DNA of 63,967 bases, filler included, from Candidatus Methanoxibalbensis ujae (lineage in GTDB: Archaea; Halobacteriota; Syntropharchaeia; Alkanophagales; Methanospirareceae), in NCBI GenBank assembly GCA_026134085.1. It is 3 parts of 3 records of this genome, joined end to end, with 100 filler letters (N's around TTAATTAATTAA, not from the genome) between each part and the next. Parts side by side here need not be neighbours in the genome. Positions count along the whole stretch, not along the records: positions 26,318 to 51,113 come from JAOQIN010000025.1; 2 more parts are not named here. One strand, 5' to 3'. How positions within the stretch are numbered: the first letter of the stretch is position 1; the number at the start of each line of letters is the position of its first letter. Position numbers and translations under genes: made by a program. Of this stretch, positions 31,819-41,367 are shown piece after piece. The notes under the pieces are model-generated. The model was not told where the DNA came from. It saw only the letters and a program-made list of their open reading frames with translations, and searched no databases.

Positions 31819-31959
31819 ATGGTGAAGTGTTCGCGGTGCGGTCGGGAAGTGAAAGACTACATAGAGATAGAGGGACGGATTCTCTGCGAGGACTGCTATT
31901 TTGAAGAAATGGAATCAGCAGGCGTGGATATGACTGGCGAGGCGAGTGGTGGGGGTTGA
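31819..31959 (+). CDS. 46-aa zinc-finger micro-protein with acidic tail ending GGG (not in the ORF track)
   Basis: MVKCSRCGREVKDYIEIEGRILCEDCYFEEMESAGVDMTGEASGGG; TTTTATATA box at 31785-31793. Confidence 0.7.
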   Translation: MVKCSRCGREVKDYIEIEGRILCEDCYFEEMESAGVDMTGEASGGG

Positions 31960-32003
31960 GGCTAAGGCTGAGGGTTGCTTGCATCTCTCGCAACTAACGC
32001 AAG

Positions 32004-32354
32004 CTAATACATCTTGAATAACCGCTCCTTAGGTGTCTCTTTACGCTTCTCCTCCTCTATCTTCTTAATTTCGCCCAGGAATTGAAAAACTGCCTTCGTG
32101 CATGGAGAGTCTGTGTTGAGCATCACGACCCTTGACTTCCCGATGTCAAGCTCCTTGAGGACGCCCGCACGGACAAGGTCATTCACAACCTTGCGAACGG
32201 TCACATGGCTCTTCCCCAACTGCTTCGTCAGACCCGTGATGTTGTCAAAATATGCGTTGTCGTTGTAGAATAAGAGCAGCAGTTTGAGGTGCGTGCTGTT
32301 CCCGAATATCCGCCGAAGTGTTTCCATCCACTCTCCATTTCCAATATTCTCCAT
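32004..32354 (-). CDS. winged helix-turn-helix transcriptional regulator, divergent from arlB
   Basis: IFGNSTHLKLL..ITGLTKQLGKSHVTVRKVVNDLVRAGVL..IGKSRV. Confidence 0.75.
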   Translation of the reverse strand: MENIGNGEWMETLRRIFGNSTHLKLLLLFYNDNAYFDNITGLTKQLGKSHVTVRKVVNDLVRAGVLKELDIGKSRVVMLNTDSPCTKAVFQFLGEIKKIEEEKRKETPKERLFKMY

Positions 32355-32484
32355 TTATATTTTTCCCAACAATAAAAAAATTTTATAATTTTGATTTAAT
32401 TGCTTCAAGAATTTGACGGAAAAATTGAGTTTATGCGAACTTTTTAAAGCGTCTGCAGAGAACTTTCAGGTGGGAGGTGATAGA

Positions 32485-33483
32485 ATGAGGGGAAAAGGAG
32501 AAGTGTCTCGGAAAAGAAAGGGATTCACGGGTCTTGAAGCTGCTATTGTTCTGACCGCTTTCGTCGTAGTTGCAGCAGTGTTCAGCTATGTCGTCCTTAA
32601 CGCAGGTTTCTTCACAACGCAGAAATCAAAAGAGGTCGTCCATACAGGCGTTGAGCAAGCAACTTCTTCCGTTGAGTTGGCAGGTGATGTCATCGGTTAT
32701 GGCTGGAAAAAGTCGCCAGGGAATGACAGTGGTAATAGAACATTAGGATTCATAGATACTGGCACTTTCTATGATTTGCTCTCACTGACAAGTGCATCAA
32801 AGACATACGTTAAAGCAGTTGTAGATAATGGAACCGCCCCCTGGTGGGTTAATGTCAGTGTAACATATAAGAATGACACAAACACATACACCACTTACAT
32901 TAACGTCACAAATACAAATTCATACGCTGATTGGACAGATGTCACTACCAGCATATTTAATAATAAACCAGCGATAGATATTACTAACATAGAGTTTGTA
33001 AATTGGCATAACGTCACATCATACGAAATCTATGTGCAATCTAATGGCACTTATACGTGGCAATATGATGGAACACAGAAGAGTGACAAACTCACGATAG
33101 TGAAATTCTATCTGCAACTGACAGCGGGAGAACATCCGATGGATATGGATGGCATCACACTCTCATACGCAGATTCAAACACATACATTGGTTCACTTGA
33201 ATATGTAGACAAAGGCGGTGATGCACATAATATGGGTGATACCAAAAAGCTTCCGATGCAGGAAGGTGAATGGACATATTACATAGTTGGATCTGAGGGA
33301 TACGGAGATTCCGATAATCTACTTGAACTTGGAGAGAAGGCGGAGGTAACACTGGTTGTTCCTGAGGGCGGAGTCAGTACTAATGAAGAGTTCCAAGTGG
33401 AAGTGAAGCCGGCATCAGGTGCTACGCTGACAGTAAAAAGAAAGGCACCTTCAGCAATAGACTATGTTATGACCTTACACTGA
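32485..33483 (+). CDS. flaB: archaellin
   Basis: Class III signal [48 protein letters not shown] and [19 protein letters not shown]. Confidence 0.95.
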   Translation: MRGKGEVSRKRKGFTGLEAAIVLTAFVVVAAVFSYVVLNAGFFTTQKSKEVVHTGVEQATSSVELAGDVIGYGWKKSPGNDSGNRTLGFIDTGTFYDLLSLTSASKTYVKAVVDNGTAPWWVNVSVTYKNDTNTYTTYINVTNTNSYADWTDVTTSIFNNKPAIDITNIEFVNWHNVTSYEIYVQSNGTYTWQYDGTQKSDKLTIVKFYLQLTAGEHPMDMDGITLSYADSNTYIGSLEYVDKGGDAHNMGDTKKLPMQEGEWTYYIVGSEGYGDSDNLLELGEKAEVTLVVPEGGVSTNEEFQVEVKPASGATLTVKRKAPSAIDYVMTLH

Positions 33484-33550
33484 CTCAACAACACACAAAG
33501 AGAGGGAAAATTTTTAATTCTTTTTTCCCCTTTTTCCTCCTCTTTTAAGG

Positions 33551-34816
33551 GTGAAGGAAATGGAGTTGATAGAGCGAATAAACTCGTTGGAGAAGGAGAT
33601 AAAGGTGCTGAAGGGAGAGATAAAGAGCATTCTTGTTGATTTGCGAGAGTCAATGAACTTGCTTGAGAATCCATTTGCATCTATTGAACATCTGAAGGCG
33701 GTGAGCGGTAAAGGAGCGAGCATTGATGAAGAAAGATTGAGATATTTGGAAGATTCAGTTGAGCATTTGAAGAAAATGATGCAAGATGGAGGGAAAATAA
33801 AGGAATTGGAGGAGGAAATAGAGCAATTGAGAAGCATAATAGAAGGTAAAGAGCAAATAGGGGGTGTGGATGAGGAGAGAATTGAGGATTTAGAGAGGGA
33901 ACTGGAAGAATTGAAGGAGATGGTGGAGATGTTGAGAGGAGAGGAGGAGGGGGAGAAGATGACTTTAAAAGAGGATTTTGATGCACTGCGTCGCTTTCTG
34001 GAGGAAGATTTGAGCAATCGCATTGAAAATCTGCAAGAAGGTATGGAGAACCTGAAGGAGATGCTCAAACTGGTGGAGGCGTTGCACGGTTCTCTGCGTT
34101 CTATGCGGGAGGAAGGGGAGAAGGAAGGAGAGGCGTCCGCTTTGAAGGAGGATTTAGAGAGGATGAAGCGATTTTTGGAGGAAGATTTGAGCAATCGCCT
34201 TGAAAGTCTGCATGAGGGGTTGGAAGAGCTGAAAAAGAAACTTGAAAAACAGCATGCCGAAGCGGAAGGTATGTTTGAAGAGGCGTCTCCTGCACTTCAA
34301 GCGAGCGAGGCAGCGGAAGGAGCGAGTGAGCTTGCGTATGGCATGCTGGAGCAAACTGGTGAAGCCTCAAGAGAAGCGGAAGAGGTCAGGAGTGAAGAGC
34401 GTGCAGAGAGCGAGAGTGGCGAGAGTTTCGTGACCGAGATGGGTGGCGTGCAAGCGTGGAGCGAGCAAAAAGAGACAAAAACAAAGGAAGCAGCACTCAA
34501 AATTTCAGATGTAAGTAGGAAGGGCGGTGAGCGTGTGATGGACATTCTCACGATTTCTCGCCTAATGCAGTGGGCAGACCGAACAATTAAGATGATAGGT
34601 AAGGATAAAATGCTTCAAATTATAGAATTGTATGGCATGATAGGTCATCTTTCAGCAAGAGAGAAGGATATTTTGCTTAAAATTGCGGAAATTCCACATG
34701 CTTTTAATAAGGAGCAAGTGGAGACGAAATTTTGTATTCTTGCGCTCTACGACCTTGACAGAATACTAACAGGCAGAAATGAGGAGATTTTCACGCTTTT
34801 GAAAGATTTCTTCTGA
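33551..34816 (+). CDS. ArlC/D/E-like coiled-coil archaellum accessory protein
   Basis: Position after flaB; N-terminal IKSILVDLRE..LENPF, long coiled coil, and FlaD/E-like C-terminus (LMQWAD..IG..IIELYGMIGHLS). Confidence 0.7.
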   Translation: MKEMELIERINSLEKEIKVLKGEIKSILVDLRESMNLLENPFASIEHLKAVSGKGASIDEERLRYLEDSVEHLKKMMQDGGKIKELEEEIEQLRSIIEGKEQIGGVDEERIEDLERELEELKEMVEMLRGEEEGEKMTLKEDFDALRRFLEEDLSNRIENLQEGMENLKEMLKLVEALHGSLRSMREEGEKEGEASALKEDLERMKRFLEEDLSNRLESLHEGLEELKKKLEKQHAEAEGMFEEASPALQASEAAEGASELAYGMLEQTGEASREAEEVRSEERAESESGESFVTEMGGVQAWSEQKETKTKEAALKISDVSRKGGERVMDILTISRLMQWADRTIKMIGKDKMLQIIELYGMIGHLSAREKDILLKIAEIPHAFNKEQVETKFCILALYDLDRILTGRNEEIFTLLKDFF

Positions 34817-34894
34817 CACGCTGCATGCTGCGAGAACAGGAGGAAGCGGAAGAAGAGTAAGAGCGGGAGAAGAGCGAGCGGAACGGGAGAGGAA

Positions 34895-35368
34895 ATGAGT
34901 GAGAGTGCAATATCAGTGTCAATAATAACGATTGCATGCGTGATTTGTGCTGCTATGGTGATTTCTGCGATATATCCTGCGGTTTCAAGAGCGATTTCAT
35001 CATTTGTAATGAGCAGTAGCGAGCTTAGCGAGAGGATTGAAACTTCTATTGAAATTATTGCTGAAGCAAATGACACCTCTTATTTCTATATTTGGGTGAA
35101 AAACACAGGCTCTACATCCATCGCTGCGATAGAAAACACAGATGTGTTCTTCGGAGAGACAAGTAATTTCAGGCGAATACCTTATGACGCTGCGCTTTCC
35201 ACAAGCCCTTCTTGGAATTACAGCATAGAGAACGATGACGGCGATGGAAGGTGGGATGCCAAAGAAACTCTCAAAATTACAATAAACCAGACGCCATCAT
35301 CAGGCGATTATTATGTGAAAATCGTCCTTTATAATGCTGTATCCGACGAAGATGAGTTCTCTATATGA
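34895..35368 (+). CDS. flaG: archaellum protein ArlG
   Basis: MSESAISVSII.. TM, ERIETSIEII, WVKNTGS, DVFFG and WDAKETLKI. Confidence 0.8.
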   Translation: MSESAISVSIITIACVICAAMVISAIYPAVSRAISSFVMSSSELSERIETSIEIIAEANDTSYFYIWVKNTGSTSIAAIENTDVFFGETSNFRRIPYDAALSTSPSWNYSIENDDGDGRWDAKETLKITINQTPSSGDYYVKIVLYNAVSDEDEFSI

Positions 35369-35484
35369 TTAAAAAATGAAAAAATAATGGAAAATTGGGA
35401 ATAGATGGGAATAATAAGGAGAGAATGAGAAAAATGGAGGGAAGGTAGCGGGAAGAGGGTAGAGAAGGGGAGAAGAGGGCGGAA

Positions 35485-36009
35485 ATGAGCTTCGGGACGA
35501 TATTTGCGACAATTGTTTTCGTTGCAATTCTCATTTTTTCTTCTTATTTGCTTGCTACAAGCACGATATTCACGATGAACACGCTCTCTCAATCATTTAA
35601 GAAAGCAAATGAGATGCAAAATGGGAAATTGAAGACAGAAATAGAGATAGTGGATGTGAGTGTTAGCAACGCACAGAATATTACTGTTGTAATTAATAAC
35701 ACAGGGAAAACGAAAATATTGAATGATGATTTCAAGTATATTGATGTTTTCGTGTATTATGACATTGTAGGTGCAGCAAAGGGATATACATTCAAGTGGA
35801 TTCCATACACAGAGAAGTATCCACCTGAGAATGACCACTGGACTGTCGTGAGTATTTCACCGGATTCCGTGAATCCTCGCAATTTTGACCCTGACGAGCA
35901 GATGAAAATATGGATTCGTGTGCTGCCGAGGATAGAAAGCGGCACCACTGGCTGGATTGAAGTCGTCACGCCGAATGGTATATCCGCCTCCTCTTACTTC
36001 TTCACTTAA
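35485..36009 (+). CDS. flaF: archaellum protein ArlF
   Basis: MSFGTIFA TM, KTEIEI, NNTG, NPRNFDPDE and VVTPNGI. Confidence 0.8.
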   Translation: MSFGTIFATIVFVAILIFSSYLLATSTIFTMNTLSQSFKKANEMQNGKLKTEIEIVDVSVSNAQNITVVINNTGKTKILNDDFKYIDVFVYYDIVGAAKGYTFKWIPYTEKYPPENDHWTVVSISPDSVNPRNFDPDEQMKIWIRVLPRIESGTTGWIEVVTPNGISASSYFFT

Positions 36010-36272
36010 ATGCAGCGATGCAACACCAAATATTTCATATTATTACGCTCCTCATCCTCTACTAACACTTTCGCTCTATTTTCGCCTCAGAATGCTTGCT
36101 ATTTACTAATTAGTTCAATAATTATTGCATTTAAAACCGAAATATAATTTTCTTTCCCATAATTTCAGCATATTTAGCAATATTTTTCAAAAATTTTAAA
36201 AGTAAGAGCGGTATTTTTGAATGAGATTTTACATAAGAGAATTGTAAAAGGAGGGTAGGAGGTGAGGATAGC

Positions 36273-37034
36273 ATGGTAGAAGAGGAGGAAGTGGAGGAAG
36301 AGATGGATGAGGAAGAGATAAAGCTGACTTCAGCATACGAAAAGAAGGAGATAATCACATCTGGGAACACGGAAATAGATAAAAAGATGGGAGGAGGCAT
36401 TCCTGCGGGAAGTTTAACGCTCATTGAGGGTGCGAATGACACTGGAAAGAGTGTATTAACGCAGCAATTAATGTGGGGAGGACTCCAACAAGGCTTCTGC
36501 TTCGCCACTTATACCACAGAAAACACGATTAAAAGCCTGCTTAAGCAGATGAAAAGCCTCTCTTTTGATGTAACTGATTACTTCATCTCTGGCAAATTGA
36601 AAATATATCCGATTCATGTGGAGGGTTTAGAATGGGCTTCGGATATTCCTTTCCTTGATTATATCGTTGCTGACATGGAAATAAAGAATACAGAAGCTAT
36701 AGTAATAGATTCTCTCACCGTTTTTGTGACAAATACGGCAGAATCAGATATATTAAATTTCTTTACTGCCTGTAAACATTTATGTGATAAGGGTAAAACC
36801 ATCTTTGTAACGGTGCATACATACGCTTTCGGCGAGGAATTGCTCACAAGAGTGCGCTCAATATGCGATGCCCATCTCAGCTTGCACAAGGAAGAGGTCG
36901 GTGATAAACTCGTGAGGACATTGGAAGTTGCGAAGATAAGAGGAGCGCAGAAAACAACGGGAAACATCGTCGCTTTTGAAGTTGAGCCTGAGATTGGCTT
37001 GCGCATACTGCCCATCTCAAAGGCTCGTGCATAA
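36273..37034 (+). CDS. flaH: archaellum RecA/KaiC-like ATPase ArlH
   Basis: GGGIPAGSLTLIEGANDTGKSVL, YTTENT, IDSLT and FEVEPEIGL. Confidence 0.92.
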   Translation: MVEEEEVEEEMDEEEIKLTSAYEKKEIITSGNTEIDKKMGGGIPAGSLTLIEGANDTGKSVLTQQLMWGGLQQGFCFATYTTENTIKSLLKQMKSLSFDVTDYFISGKLKIYPIHVEGLEWASDIPFLDYIVADMEIKNTEAIVIDSLTVFVTNTAESDILNFFTACKHLCDKGKTIFVTVHTYAFGEELLTRVRSICDAHLSLHKEEVGDKLVRTLEVAKIRGAQKTTGNIVAFEVEPEIGLRILPISKARA

Positions 37035-37120
37035 GTCGCAGTGAGATGCGTGTTGTTGCGTGGTGTGATTGAGGAGTCAGCTGGCATGTCGGGCTGAAGA
37101 GAGTAGAGCGTCTGAAGGGG

Positions 37121-38950
37121 GTGAGATGGGAAAGGATGCCCCGAATGGAGGCGCCTTTTTCATTGAACAAGGTGGAAGTGTCTGCAGAGCACGATTTAAT
37201 GAAGTGTGGATTATATCGCATACTGCCTCCGGAGGGGAAAGAGATAGTAAAAAAGAACAAATATGTGTTGCAATATCTTCACATGATTCCTTTAGAGAGA
37301 ATAGGAACACCTAAATTTTACAAGGAATTATCAAGAAAGCTCAAAGAAATGAAGGATCCGAATGTTATTTATCCTGTGAGTGATGAGATAGCGGTGCATA
37401 TATGCCCTGACAAGAATGATGCTCGCAATTATTACATACCGATAGAGCCTCATTTGTTTCAAGATTTAAGCGATTTGATTGCGGAGGTGGAGAAGAGGAT
37501 AGCACTTCTCGTTGATAAATATGAAGAGCCTCGCAGTAAGGAGGAGCAACGAAAAATTCTTGAGAAGTGCATAGATGAAGTTTGTGAGGTCGTTCATTTG
37601 AACGGCGGTGAATATGTCGGTAGGAGAGGAATGCTTCTGCGAGCTGCGAGCTTGAGATTGAGAGAGCCGAACAACGGCTCAAAATTTTCTCGTATTTTCA
37701 ACGCATTACGCTCATTATTCTTGGATGGACATGGTAAAATTCCTGTAACTCCATTTGAACTGCGTGCAATTAAATATCTGATGGTGCGAGATAAGGTCGG
37801 ATTGGGAATATTAGAGCCTTTTATTCATGACCCTTATATTGAAGATATTTCCTGTTCGGGTCTCGGAAATATATTTATAGAGCATAAGATATTTGAATCT
37901 TTGAAGGCTCCGATTGTATTTGAGAGTGAAGAGGAGCTGGACGATTTCGTTCTGAAGCTTTCTGAGAAGATAGGAAAGCCTGTTTCATTCAGGAATCCGA
38001 TTGTTGATGCAACACTGCCAGACGGTTCTCGTATAAATATTGTATATGGCAGGGACATATCAAAGAAAGGCTCAAACTTTACGATAAGAAAGTTCAGTAA
38101 GACGCCTTTAAGCGTCCTTCAGCTTATTGAATTCGGCACTTTCAACTACTTAATGGCTGCTTATTTCTGGATTGCTCTTCGTGATGGCATGAATTGTTTC
38201 ATAGCAGGCGAGACCGCTTCGGGTAAAACGACAACACTTAACGCAATCACCACTTTCGTGCCTCCTAATGCTAAAATCATTTCAATTGAAGACACGCCAG
38301 AGGTTCAAATACCACATAAGAACTGGTTGAGAGAGGTAACTCGCTCGGCAGGAGAGCGGAAAGGAAGCGAGACTTCAAGCGTAGAGATGTTTGATTTGCT
38401 TAAAGCGGCGTTGAGACAGCGACCCAACCTGATTATTGTCGGTGAGATAAGAGGTATTGAAGGGAACATTGCGTTTCAAGCAATGCAGACAGGGCATGCT
38501 GTTATGTCGACATTTCATGCTGCGAGTGTTGAGAAGTTGATTCAAAGGCTCACAGGCGACCCGATAAGAGTGCCTAAGACATACATAGACAACCTGAATT
38601 TTGTGATTATTCAGAATGCGGTGCGCTTGAAAGGGAAATTGGTCAGGCGTGTGACGAGCGTGAGTGAGATTGTCGGTTACGACCCTCCTTCAGACTCATT
38701 CTCTTACATAGAAGTATTCAGGTGGGACCCTGCAACAGACACTTTTGAGTTCACTGGAAACATGAATTCATATATGTTGGAGGAGAAAATAGCGGTTAAG
38801 CGAGGAATTCCTCACAATAAAAAGCGTAAAATATACAAGGAATTGGAGAAAAGGGCGAATATACTCAAGAAAATACACGAATCCGGCATAACTAATTTCT
38901 ATGAACTCTTTAATGTGATAGCAAAAATAGAGAGAGAGGGTATGATATGA
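37121..38950 (+). CDS. flaI: archaellum motor ATPase ArlI
   Basis: DPYIEDISC, GSNFTIRKF, GETASGKTT, LRQRPNLIIVGEIRG and QTGHAVMSTFHA. Confidence 0.95.
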   Translation: MRWERMPRMEAPFSLNKVEVSAEHDLMKCGLYRILPPEGKEIVKKNKYVLQYLHMIPLERIGTPKFYKELSRKLKEMKDPNVIYPVSDEIAVHICPDKNDARNYYIPIEPHLFQDLSDLIAEVEKRIALLVDKYEEPRSKEEQRKILEKCIDEVCEVVHLNGGEYVGRRGMLLRAASLRLREPNNGSKFSRIFNALRSLFLDGHGKIPVTPFELRAIKYLMVRDKVGLGILEPFIHDPYIEDISCSGLGNIFIEHKIFESLKAPIVFESEEELDDFVLKLSEKIGKPVSFRNPIVDATLPDGSRINIVYGRDISKKGSNFTIRKFSKTPLSVLQLIEFGTFNYLMAAYFWIALRDGMNCFIAGETASGKTTTLNAITTFVPPNAKIISIEDTPEVQIPHKNWLREVTRSAGERKGSETSSVEMFDLLKAALRQRPNLIIVGEIRGIEGNIAFQAMQTGHAVMSTFHAASVEKLIQRLTGDPIRVPKTYIDNLNFVIIQNAVRLKGKLVRRVTSVSEIVGYDPPSDSFSYIEVFRWDPATDTFEFTGNMNSYMLEEKIAVKRGIPHNKKRKIYKELEKRANILKKIHESGITNFYELFNVIAKIEREGMI

Positions 38951-40551
38951 GTGAAAATGCTGTGGAAAAGGGGAAAGTAGGAATGGAAGTAATGGAAGAA
39001 CATGCGGAAGGAGCGGAAAAGGTAAGGAAGAATGAGAAGCGTATAAAGTGGTTTGATTTCAGTTCGAAGATAAAAGAGGACCAAGCGATGATGCTTGACC
39101 TCCTTAATATAATTACTTACATGTCTTCTATTGCGACTGCGGATATAGGAAGGAATAAAATAATAGAATTAGCGTCGCAACAAGAAGGAATCACAGCGGT
39201 ATATTTGAGAAGAGTGTATTTATTAGTGAGGAATTACGGTTATGATTACGCTGAAGCATGCAAAGTAGTTGCTGAAACTGCAACTCATCCTGCATTGAAA
39301 GATTTTCTCATTCGTTTATCAAATGCATTCTCAACAGGAGAGGACGAAGAGAAATTCCTACGCACAGAGGCGGAGCACATGGTTGAGAAATACACGAACA
39401 AATACACGGGCGATGTGGAATCGCTCAGGAAATGGACGGATGGCTATTCCGCCCTTCTCGTTTCTGTCACGACGGTCATCTCTGTATTCCTCACGAGCTC
39501 AATGTTCCAGATGTTCAAGATCGGAAATTTGCAATTTCTCGCAACCTTAGGCGGAATTATTCTCTGTTTTGTCGCCTTTTTCGGTGTTTATATCATATAT
39601 AGGATAGCACCATATGAGAAAGTTGTGCATTCTTTGGATGTGAAGTCAAGAGAGCAGGAATTATTGAGGAGAATGGGCATATTTTTGATTCCTTCTACCT
39701 TCATTTTTCCTGTTATATTGCTGATAAGTGGTGCGGATGAGTGGATAATATTTCTCACTATTTCAATTTTGCTTGCACCGATGGGATTTTTTGCGATGAA
39801 AGATGCTCGCAACATAGAGCGAAGGGACAGGGACCTCTCGCCTTTTTTGAAGAGTTTGGGAGCGACCGCAGGAATAACAGGCACGACGCTCGCAGTTGCG
39901 ATAAGCAGACTTGACAAGAAAGCGGTAGGTTCTCTTGAAGAATTTGTCAACAGATTGTATAAAAGGCTTGTAAATGGCATAAATCCGAGTGTCTGCTGGT
40001 ATTATTTCATGGGTGAAACGGGTTCTGAACTCGTGAACAAATATGTGAGGGTATTTCTTGACGCAATAAATCTCGGAGGCGACCCTGTTGAGATAGGTAA
40101 AGTGACATCTCACTCCGTTTTGGGCATAACTCTGCTGCGAGCTCGCAGGAAATTAGTGGCAAATGGCTTCATTAACCTCATGATTCCGCTGCATGTTAGC
40201 ACATGCGGTATTCTAATGTTCATTTATGAAATCGTTTTGCACTTCAATAAATGGTTATCGGGAATATTAAAAAAGGTATCACCAGAGGTGATTGGTGGAA
40301 TACCTTCAGGTTTTGGATATAATATAAGCGGTGTAGACATTTCTTTCATCTCAAAATATGTGATGTTTGCCGTATTTGTCCTCACTATTGCGAACTCTCT
40401 CGCTTCAAAATACGCATCCGGGGGAAGCAATTACAAATTATGTGCGTACGCTTCCGTTCTCTTCGCTCTCTCTGCTCTAATATCGTTTGTGATGCCTCTT
40501 CTCGCTTCAAAAATATTCACGATGCCTTTCTTGTCGTCGGCGACGCCGTGA
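38947..40551 (+). CDS. flaJ: archaellum membrane platform ArlJ
   Basis: Multiple TMs, YGYDYAEAC, ESLRKWTDGYSAL and ETGSELV; 4-bp overlap with flaI. Confidence 0.92.
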   Translation: MSENAVEKGKVGMEVMEEHAEGAEKVRKNEKRIKWFDFSSKIKEDQAMMLDLLNIITYMSSIATADIGRNKIIELASQQEGITAVYLRRVYLLVRNYGYDYAEACKVVAETATHPALKDFLIRLSNAFSTGEDEEKFLRTEAEHMVEKYTNKYTGDVESLRKWTDGYSALLVSVTTVISVFLTSSMFQMFKIGNLQFLATLGGIILCFVAFFGVYIIYRIAPYEKVVHSLDVKSREQELLRRMGIFLIPSTFIFPVILLISGADEWIIFLTISILLAPMGFFAMKDARNIERRDRDLSPFLKSLGATAGITGTTLAVAISRLDKKAVGSLEEFVNRLYKRLVNGINPSVCWYYFMGETGSELVNKYVRVFLDAINLGGDPVEIGKVTSHSVLGITLLRARRKLVANGFINLMIPLHVSTCGILMFIYEIVLHFNKWLSGILKKVSPEVIGGIPSGFGYNISGVDISFISKYVMFAVFVLTIANSLASKYASGGSNYKLCAYASVLFALSALISFVMPLLASKIFTMPFLSSATP

Positions 40552-40574
40552 GTGTGCTGGAGAGGTGATGAGAA

Positions 40575-41114
40575 ATGTTTAGGATATGGAGACGAGAAGG
40601 TGGCGGTAGTAGTGGTGGTAGTAGGAGGAGAGAGGATGAAGGAGAGAAAGGGGAAGAAAGGGGAATGATGGAAGAAGTTATGCGAGAAGGCGTGGATGAG
40701 GAGAGCGGTGAGATTGATGCATCGTTGTCTTCACCTGTGAAAGGAGACCCTTTTAGCGCTTCTGAGGAAGAGATAGGAGCGATTGAAGATTGGTGGTCGG
40801 AAAAGGAAGAGGAAGGAGAGGAAGAGGAGTCGGAAAATGAGAAGGTCGTGAGTGGAGAGGAAGGGGAAGGAGACTCAAGCACGGACGAATTGCTGAGTCG
40901 TTTGAAGGAGATTGGGTCGGAAGAAGAGGAGGAAGAGACTGCGCTGATGCATGAGATGGAAGAGCTGGGAAATTTAAGCGTGGAAGATTTGCTGCTTCTT
41001 GCGAAAGAAATACGAGAAGATATAGATAGGATAAGGGAAGAGCGGAAGATAACAAATGTGAAAGGAAGCGAATCTGTAGGAGATAGAAACGAAGTGTCAG
41101 AGGAAGAGCTGTGA
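40575..41114 (+). CDS. highly acidic low-complexity hypothetical protein
   Basis: GAGGTGA RBS; E-rich; directly after flaJ. Confidence 0.6.
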   Translation: MFRIWRREGGGSSGGSRRREDEGEKGEERGMMEEVMREGVDEESGEIDASLSSPVKGDPFSASEEEIGAIEDWWSEKEEEGEEEESENEKVVSGEEGEGDSSTDELLSRLKEIGSEEEEEETALMHEMEELGNLSVEDLLLLAKEIREDIDRIREERKITNVKGSESVGDRNEVSEEEL

Positions 41115-41367
41115 AGAAAAGCTCTGATGAGGTTTCCAAGTTTTGAGTATTTTCAAAGTTCCGGGTATTTTCATCATAAGCAAAAACGAGCTACTTTTCT
41201 TTGTTTTGTTGAAATTTCCTTTTGCAATATCTTTAATAAATTTTAAAATAATGGAAAATCATCCGAAGATGAAATTAATTGAGTGCTAAAAAGAGGAGTC
41301 TTAAAAAGAGGAGGAGGGAATTAGAGGATTTGAGTTTGGATTTCAGAAATAGAAGAAGTGAGTAGAA

